From contig OY969926.1 in NCBI GenBank assembly GCA_963704645.1, positions 928,001 to 992,000 of the forward strand: a stretch of DNA of 64,000 nucleotides, in the 5' to 3' direction. This document shows, piece by piece, positions 57,216-64,000 of the stretch (positions are counted from its first letter, which is position 1; the number at the start of each line of letters is the position of its first letter). This DNA is from an uncultured bacterium. GTDB taxonomy: Bacteria > Patescibacteriota > JACMRA01. The position numbers were made by a program, and so were the translations under genes. The notes beneath the pieces were generated by a model, which saw nothing but the letters and a program-made list of their open reading frames with translations, was not told the origin of the DNA and did no database searches.

Positions 57216-60200
57216 CTACTTTTCTAACTCTTGTAATCTACTTTCAATACCATCTAATTTGGCTTTTAATTTAGAATTTTCTGTTTCCAGGTTCTTAATT
57301 TTAGCGTCTTGTTCTGCATTAGCCTTTTCAATACCCAAAATAATATCTTTTACTTCTTGAATACTATTTAAGAACGATGTCTTCAATGTTTCAATATCAA
57401 AACTTAAACCTGTGGAAGTGTCTGAACTTGTTGTAGAGCTAGAGTTAGCAGAGTCAGCCTTTAAAGCTTCAATTTCTTTTTGTTGTTCCTGAATAGATTT
57501 TACTAGAATTGGAGTAATGTCTTGCAATGAAACGAAAGAGTTATTTTGTTCATCTTTACTAATTAATTTGCTGCTGGATGTTAACAAATTAAAGCTGTAC
57601 AAAGTTTGACCATCTTTAAAGTTAGAAACAACTTGCAGGTCTTTAATTAAGTCTAAGCCGTTTTCAACTTTGCTTCCTGTTGAAACCATTTCAAGGCCAG
57701 ATTGGTTAATTTCGTCTGAACTTGAAGACAAACTTGGAGTTGCTGTTGCTACATTTTCTGAAGAAATATCTGAAGTTAAAGTAGAAAGCTTGTCTAAACC
57801 AGCCAACTTTTCATTTACGCTAGCAAAATTAGTTTGTAATTCTTTAATTTGATCTTGCTGAGTTTTAAAACCAAGCAAAATTTCGTCTACAATTTTTTGA
57901 TCGAAACCAGAGTAAGTTGTATCTGGAGAAGATGTTTTAGTTAATCCTAGAGAAGCTAATTCGTTGTCACCTAAAATTTCCTGAGTATTTAAATTGTTCA
58001 AACTTAAACTTGGGCTGGTGAAGATAGAAGATAAATCAAAGTTTACTGGTGCCTGCCAGAAACCTGGTTCTACAAATACTACAACTTCACCTTGATCTTG
58101 AGGGTTTTGTGGTTCAAAAGAGGTTAAAGCCTTACCAACAACCCTACCCGATTTTGTGGCTAACATACCTACACCTTCAATATCTGAAGAAGTAACTTGA
58201 TCACCAGCTTTAATATTACCATTTTTAGCTGTAACTTTTACTGGAACACGTCCTGTTAAGGCAACTGCTACTGGCTTTCCACGACCATCATTGGCACCCA
58301 ATACTTGACCAGGATCTGTTGACACAATACCAATTGCTTTTTCAGAGCCAACCTTATTAGTTAAGTTAACTTGACTTTGTCCATCTCCAGCTAATTCTAC
58401 AATTTGTCCAGGTACAGCCTTACCATCTAAATTATAGTAAATTTCAGCTAAATCAGCACCAGATACCTTGTAAGCAACCATATAAGAATAAGCACGAATT
58501 GTTGTTCCAGTATTGTTACTGGAGTTTTGAGCAAACTGAATTTGAGCGGTTCCAGTAGCTCCTGCTGTAAAGGAACCATAAAACTGAGTTGTTGCAGCAG
58601 TAGTGTTACTTGCAACAACAGAGTTACCAATTGCAGCTCCACAAGTATTTGTACTTGATTTATTACTTGTTGAATATTCACCTGATGCTAATTGACAGTT
58701 AGTTGAACCTGCTGGTAAGGCCAAATTAAATCTAATTCCTCCCGGAGCAGTCCTAGGGTTATCGCCAGGTCCTCCAACTAATGGATAAGAAACAAAAGCC
58801 CATGTATCACCTGCTTTTACATTCCAAGTCCATTCAGGAATTGCCACAACTGTTGTGCTATTTGTAACAGTTTGATCCACATTTTTAACAATTTCTATTT
58901 GAGATTCACTGTCTTCCCCTCCAATTTGTTTCCAGGAACTACCATTCCACATTGCCTGAACAGTTTTTCCTGCATCTAATCTATTACCAAATATTGTAAA
59001 TCCGCTTGTACCAATATTGTTAATATAAACAATTCTACCAGATGTTGTGTCTGTAGGGTTTGGCAATGTTAAAGTTTGGGAAGCTGTTGTTTGGTTAATG
59101 TTAAATGTTGTTTTAACATCTACAGTTGTTAAGGCTGTTCCTATGCTTCCACCAAGAGGTAAATCTGAAATTGATGTAGCAGAATTTAAGCTAGAACCAG
59201 AATTTACTAAGTTTGTTACTGTTGTAATGTCAGTATTACTATCACCCAAAGAAGTGTTGCCGTTAACGTTTAAGTTATTGTTCAAAGTTTTGTTTCCAGC
59301 AAAAGATTGTGTTCCTGTTGAAACTAAACCTGCGTTAGAAGCATCTGCAGTTTGTAAAACAAGATTGTTTCCAGAAATTACAGCACCGTTAGCAGACTTT
59401 GTTTGAGAATCTAAAGTACCTATTCCGCTAATTCCTCCTGTAGTGCTGCAAGTCCAAACTGCGGTTCCAGCAGACCATCTTAAAACTTGTGTATCGGAAC
59501 AACCGCCAAGCAATCTTATTCCTGTTGCTGTGCTTTCAATACCAGAGTTGGATGAAGTTGTAGCAGTAGTTCCAGCTGTTGTAGCGTCAACCGCAATATC
59601 GTTTGCATTTACTGTAATTCCGTCACCAGCCCCAATGTCTAATGTTACATTTCCACCTAACGCAACAGCCCCGCCAGTAATTAAGCCTGCACCAGAAGTA
59701 ATTGTGACACTTGAATTTGCCAAATCTGCGTTAACAATGCTTCCGTCTAGAATTTTTAAAGAATCTACAGAACCTGAAGCTAAATCTGATAATACAATGG
59801 TTCCATCTAGAATATTAGTTGAAGTTACACCACCAGTTGCAATGTCTGCAGTTAATATTGTGCCATCAAGCAACATAGCAGAGGTTATTCCTCCAGCGGA
59901 AATTCCTAAAGTATAAGGGTTACCTGCTGTACCAGCACCGCTTCTAGTTAATCCACCAGCTGCTGTAGCATTTAGAACTTCATTTCCAACTATTCCGTCA
60001 GTTTCTGTGGTAATATAAGCAGAGTTAGAACCTGTTGTTACTCTTCCTTGTGCGTCTACGATAACGTTGTTGTATGTTCCAGCGGTCACGCCTGTATTGG
60101 TTAAACTGAAGGAGTCTGCTGTAAATTGTAATCCTGTTCCTGCAGTTGGGAAAGCTCGCTTAGAAAGAACTCCGTTTGAATCTACGGCAACAATTTGAGC

Positions 60201-63200
60201 TTGAGTAGAAGTGCTTAAAGATCTAATTCTAGCTGTTCCATTAACATCTAATGTTTCTGTTGGTGTACCTGTTCCAATACCAAACTTTCCAGTTTCATCA
60301 ATTACCGCACGTAGTGCTGGAGCACCTACTCCGCCTGTGGTGAAGAATTTAATTTTAGAAGTAGCGCCCAAAGCAGCTAGGTTTAAGGTTGTGTCACTAG
60401 AATACAAATATGCATCGTTAGCATCTGTGAAAGGTGCAGTTGCACCAGCCTGACCGTTAATACCCAAATTTACGTAGTAACTTGATTCTGTACCATTGTT
60501 AGCTGTAGCCACAATATCTGAAGAAGCCGAAGCACCTGTATTTAAGTTTTGAATATTGAATTGGAAGTAACTATCAATGTTACCCTTAATATCTAAACCG
60601 GTGTATTGATTAGGATCAGCATTAATTGCAACTTTAGAATTATTTGGATTTGATGCGGTGTTTACTAGTATGTTTCCTGTGGCCGCATCCACTCTAAAAG
60701 CTTCATCATTGTTTGTTTTGAAAACTAAATCTGCAAGATCAGTTGTACCAATGAAGTTAGTTGCAGATGAAGTACCTGAATTACCATTCAAAGACCAAGA
60801 ATTACTAGAAGAATCTGTGTCACAGTTCCAACCAGCTAATAAAGGCCCTGCTGCATCTGGATCGGTTACATAGTATTTTAAAATTTGTCCTGAAGATGAA
60901 CAATTTGCTAAATCTGCACCAGCTATAGAGCCATTTACAATTTTAGTTGAATCTACAGAGTTAGAACCTAAATCTACCAGAGCAATACCGCCATCTGCAA
61001 TTTTAGCGGAGTCTACGGCTGAGGTTGCTAGTTTGGTATTAGTTACTCCACCAGTAGCTATTCCAATAGTATATGGGTCTAAGGCTGTTCCACTTCCTGC
61101 TCTCACTAATCCTTGGCTGGTTGTAGCATCTAAGATTTCATTTCCTACTATTCCGTCTGTTTCACTACTTAGGTAACTTACGTTAGATCCAGAGATTACT
61201 CTTCCTTGAGCATCTGTTGTTACATTGTTGTATGTTCCTGCTGTTCCTGTGTTGGATAGGTTGTAGGAGATTTGTGATCCACTTCTTACAGCTGTAGTTC
61301 CTGTTCCATTAGTAAAGTCTATTGTAGAACCTGCTGAAATGTTTTGTGTTGTTCCTCCGTTACTAGAGATGTTAAAGTTTGTTGTGTCTACGTCTGCAGT
61401 ACATACGAAGGCTGTTCCTGTCCATTGTAGTTTAGTTACTCCTGAACAAGTTGGTGAGTTAATAGAGAAGGCTCCTGAAGTTAGAGTTACTCCGTTTCCT
61501 GCTGTGTAGGTGTTGTTACTGTCCGTACCACATGTCCAAGATACTCCATTGTATTTTAATATTTCACCAGAGTTAGTACAAGGTGTAAGTTTAGCTAAAG
61601 ATACTGAAGCATTAGCTAAGTCTGCTGTGTTTACAGATCCATCCACTATCTTAGTAGAATCTACAGAGTTAGAACCTAAGTCTACCAAAGAGATAGAACC
61701 ATCTAATATACTGGTTGAGTCTATTGCTCCGGATACAAAGTCTGCTGAAGTGATAGAACCGTCTACTATTTTGGTTGAGTCTATAGAGTTGGAGGCTAGA
61801 TCAGCTAAAGAGACAGTTGCGTCTACAATTTTAGAAGAATCTACAGAGTTAGAACCTAGGTCTACTAAAGCAATAGCTCCATCGGCAATTTTGGTTGAGT
61901 CTACAGCTGAAGTTGCTATCATTAGTCCTGTTACTCCACCCGTAGATATTCCAATAGTATAAGGGCTGACTGCTGTACCTGCTCCGCTTCTAGTCAATCC
62001 TCCAGATGCAGTAGCATCTAAGATTTCATTTCCTACTACTCCATCTGTTTCACTACTTAGGTAACTTACGTTAGATCCAGAGATTACTCTTCCTTGAGCA
62101 TCTGTTGTTACATTGTTGTATGTTCCTGCTGTTCCTGTGTTGGATAGGTTGTAGGAGATTTGTGATCCACTTCTTACAGCTGTAGTTCCTGTTCCATTAG
62201 TAAAGTCTATTGTAGAACCTGCTGAAATGTTTTGTGTTGTTCCTCCGTTACTAGAGATGTTAAAGTTTGTTGTGTCTACGTCTGCAGTACATACGAAGGC
62301 TGTTCCTGTCCATTGTAGTTTAGTTACTCCTGAACAAGTTGGTGAGTTAATAGAGAAGGCTCCTGAAGTTAGAGTTACTCCGTTTCCTGCTGTGTAGGTG
62401 TTGTTACTGTCCGTACCACATGTCCAAGATACTCCATTGTATTTTAATATTTCACCAGAGTTAGTACAAGGTGTAAGTTTAGCTAAAGATACTGAAGCAT
62501 TAGCTAAGTCTGCTGTGTTTACAGATCCATCCACTATCTTAGTAGAATCTACAGAGTTAGAACCTAAGTCTACCAAAGAGATAGAACCATCTAATATACT
62601 GGTTGAGTCTATTGCTCCGGATACAAAGTCTGCTGAAGTGATAGAACCGTTTACTATTTTGGTTGAATCTACGGAGTTGGAGGCTAGGTCTGAGGAACCT
62701 ACTGTTCCATCTAATATCTTATCTGAAGTTATTGCGTCTGAGGCAATGTCTACGTTGGATATACTTCCGTCTACTATCTTAGATGAGTTGATAGAGTTAG
62801 AAGCTATCATTAATCCTGTTACTCCACCATTAGAGATACCTAAAGTGTAAGGATCTAGAGTAGTTCCAGAACCAGAACGTACTAATCCTTGGCTAGTTGT
62901 AGCATCTAAGATTTCATTTCCTACTACTCCGTCTGTTTCACTACTTAGGTAACTTACGTTAGATCCAGAGATTACTCTTCCTTGAGCATCTGTTGTTACA
63001 TTGTTGTATGTTCCTGCTGTTCCTGTGTTGGATAGGTTGTAGGAGATTTGTGATCCACTTCTTACAGCTGTAGTTCCTGTTCCATTAGTAAAGTCTATTG
63101 TAGAACCTGCTGAAATGTTTTGTGTTGTTCCTCCGTTACTAGAGATGTTAAAGTTTGTTGTGTCTACGTCTGCAGTACATACGAAGGCTGTTCCTGTCCA

Positions 63201-64000
63201 TTGTAGTTTAGTTACTCCTGAACAAGTTGGTGAGTTAATAGAGAAGGCTCCTGAAGTTAGAGTTACTCCGTTTCCTGCTGTGTAGGTGTTGTTACTGTCG
63301 GTACCACATGTCCAAGTGGATGTAGTAGTAGAATATTTTAACAATTCATTATTAGCACAAGCCTTTAAATCTACTGTGTATGGGCTTACTGTGGTTCCAG
63401 CACCAGTTCTGACCAAACCTGTAGTTGCTCCAACATTTGCAATTTCATTGCCTATTATTCCATCAACTTCATTAGTAATTCCTACAACATCGGCGTCACA
63501 ATTCCAACCTGCTGTTAATGGGCCTACTCCGTCTGGATCGGTTACATAATATTTTAAAATTTGAGCAGCAGAAGAACAGTTAGCAAGCTTAGATCTAGAA
63601 ATTGCTCCATCGGCAATATCACCTGCAAGAATAGACAAATCTTGAATTTTACTGGAATTAACAGCTGCAAAAGCCAAATCAGCATTATCTACAGAACCAT
63701 CTACAATTTTAGTTGAATCGATAGAGTTTGGTGCTAAATCTGCTAAAACTATTGAACCATCTACAATTTTAGTTGAGTCTATAGAGTTGTTGGCTAACAT
63801 ACTTAAAGAAATTCCACCTGACATAATTCCTAAAGTATAAGGATCTAAATCTGTTCCAGTGCCAGAACGAACTAGGCCTTGTGATGCTGTAGCGTCAGTA
63901 ACCTCATTTCCAATTACAGCGTCAGTTTCAGAACCTACACCGTTATCAGTGGAACACTCCCAAGCCGAAGTTGTTGAATTGTATTTCAAAATCTGCCCAG
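57216..64000 (-). CDS. Giant tail-fibre-like adhesin (5' partial) with intramolecular-chaperone-like C-terminus
   Basis: Frame is open to the window end. IxDGSIxxADL repeats; GTYNNVTTDAQGRV; GADLAEIY...GIVSTDPG...VALTGRVPVKV; PILVKSIQEQQKEIEALK; terminal coiled coil. Confidence 0.85.
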   Translation of the reverse strand, partial: GQILKYNSTTSAWECSTDNGVGSETDAVIGNEVTDATASQGLVRSGTGTDLDPYTLGIMSGGISLSMLANNSIDSTKIVDGSIVLADLAPNSIDSTKIVDGSVDNADLAFAAVNSSKIQDLSILAGDIADGAISRSKLANCSSAAQILKYYVTDPDGVGPLTAGWNCDADVVGITNEVDGIIGNEIANVGATTGLVRTGAGTTVSPYTVDLKACANNELLKYSTTTSTWTCGTDSNNTYTAGNGVTLTSGAFSINSPTCSGVTKLQWTGTAFVCTADVDTTNFNISSNGGTTQNISAGSTIDFTNGTGTTAVRSGSQISYNLSNTGTAGTYNNVTTDAQGRVISGSNVSYLSSETDGVVGNEILDATTSQGLVRSGSGTTLDPYTLGISNGGVTGLMIASNSINSSKIVDGSISNVDIASDAITSDKILDGTVGSSDLASNSVDSTKIVNGSITSADFVSGAIDSTSILDGSISLVDLGSNSVDSTKIVDGSVNTADLANASVSLAKLTPCTNSGEILKYNGVSWTCGTDSNNTYTAGNGVTLTSGAFSINSPTCSGVTKLQWTGTAFVCTADVDTTNFNISSNGGTTQNISAGSTIDFTNGTGTTAVRSGSQISYNLSNTGTAGTYNNVTTDAQGRVISGSNVSYLSSETDGVVGNEILDATASGGLTRSGAGTAVSPYTIGISTGGVTGLMIATSAVDSTKIADGAIALVDLGSNSVDSSKIVDATVSLADLASNSIDSTKIVDGSITSADFVSGAIDSTSILDGSISLVDLGSNSVDSTKIVDGSVNTADLANASVSLAKLTPCTNSGEILKYNGVSWTCGTDSNNTYTAGNGVTLTSGAFSINSPTCSGVTKLQWTGTAFVCTADVDTTNFNISSNGGTTQNISAGSTIDFTNGTGTTAVRSGSQISYNLSNTGTAGTYNNVTTDAQGRVISGSNVSYLSSETDGIVGNEILDATTSQGLVRAGSGTALDPYTIGIATGGVTNTKLATSAVDSAKIADGGIALVDLGSNSVDSTKIVNGSIAGADLANCSSSGQILKYYVTDPDAAGPLLAGWNCDTDSSSNSWSLNGNSGTSSATNFIGTTDLADLVFKTNNDEAFRVDAATGNILVNTASNPNNSKVAINADPNQYTGLDIKGNIDSYFQFNIQNLNTGASASSDIVATANNGTESSYYVNLGINGQAGATAPFTDANDAYLYSSDTTLNLAALGATSKIKFFTTGGVGAPALRAVIDETGKFGIGTGTPTETLDVNGTARIRSLSTSTQAQIVAVDSNGVLSKRAFPTAGTGLQFTADSFSLTNTGVTAGTYNNVIVDAQGRVTTGSNSAYITTETDGIVGNEVLNATAAGGLTRSGAGTAGNPYTLGISAGGITSAMLLDGTILTADIATGGVTSTNILDGTIVLSDLASGSVDSLKILDGSIVNADLANSSVTITSGAGLITGGAVALGGNVTLDIGAGDGITVNANDIAVDATTAGTTATTSSNSGIESTATGIRLLGGCSDTQVLRWSAGTAVWTCSTTGGISGIGTLDSQTKSANGAVISGNNLVLQTADASNAGLVSTGTQSFAGNKTLNNNLNVNGNTSLGDSNTDITTVTNLVNSGSSLNSATSISDLPLGGSIGTALTTVDVKTTFNINQTTASQTLTLPNPTDTTSGRIVYINNIGTSGFTIFGNRLDAGKTVQAMWNGSSWKQIGGEDSESQIEIVKNVDQTVTNSTTVVAIPEWTWNVKAGDTWAFVSYPLVGGPGDNPRTAPGGIRFNLALPAGSTNCQLASGEYSTSNKSSTNTCGAAIGNSVVASNTTAATTQFYGSFTAGATGTAQIQFAQNSSNNTGTTIRAYSYMVAYKVSGADLAEIYYNLDGKAVPGQIVELAGDGQSQVNLTNKVGSEKAIGIVSTDPGQVLGANDGRGKPVAVALTGRVPVKVTAKNGNIKAGDQVTSSDIEGVGMLATKSGRVVGKALTSFEPQNPQDQGEVVVFVEPGFWQAPVNFDLSSIFTSPSLSLNNLNTQEILGDNELASLGLTKTSSPDTTYSGFDQKIVDEILLGFKTQQDQIKELQTNFASVNEKLAGLDKLSTLTSDISSENVATATPSLSSSSDEINQSGLEMVSTGSKVENGLDLIKDLQVVSNFKDGQTLYSFNLLTSSSKLISKDEQNNSFVSLQDITPILVKSIQEQQKEIEALKADSANSSSTTSSDTSTGLSFDIETLKTSFLNSIQEVKDIILGIEKANAEQDAKIKNLETENSKLKAKLDGIESRLQELEK
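61123..63316. repeat. 888-bp coding tandem repeat, about 2.5 copies
   Basis: GTAGCATCTAAGATTTCATTTCCTACTA recurs at 61123, 62011 and 62899. Confidence 0.9.

Noticed and set aside
37031-63549. Many plus-strand ORFs antisense to the giant surface genes, and minus-strand ORFs inside ftsZ
   Set aside because: Shadow ORFs produced by biased, repetitive codons on the coding strand.
1-64000. Genetic code 25 or 4 (UGA as sense)
   Set aside because: Long conserved genes translate without interruption in code 11, and Trp and Gly use normal codons; only avoidance of TGA is supported.
57216-64000. Prophage tail region
   Set aside because: No other phage genes are visible, and the downstream genes are cellular; upstream context is outside the window.

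Overview
AT-rich bacterial chromosome segment (roughly one-third GC by eye). The gene content points to Patescibacteria/CPR (inference): housekeeping genes not in operons (pcrA/uvrD, glyA, der, rnj, rnpA, rpmH, pyrG, ftsZ, double-length thyX, engB), Gtr-type glycosylation genes, three toxin-antitoxin pairs, giant Cys/Thr/Gly-rich surface proteins and many short ORFans. One tRNA-Phe(GAA) is present; no rRNA, CRISPR array, integrase or transposase was seen. Main observations: (1) TGA is almost unused, as stop or as sense codon (hand count about 34 TAA, 23 TAG and 1 TGA, the last probably a frameshift by-product). (2) LepA without its G domain and the DnaE C-terminal region each occur as stand-alone, promoter-bearing fragments with no intein. 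(3) Expression signals fall into two classes: many core genes have leaderless geometry, while scattered ORFans have their own promoter, leader and terminator. (4) The surface/fibre proteins are modular, with shared Cys modules, 642-, 888- and 900-bp tandem units, shared flanking non-coding elements and one frameshift. (5) Large low-complexity insertions or extensions occur in PcrA, Der, DnaE and RNase J. All family calls come from motif recognition by eye; no database searches were run.
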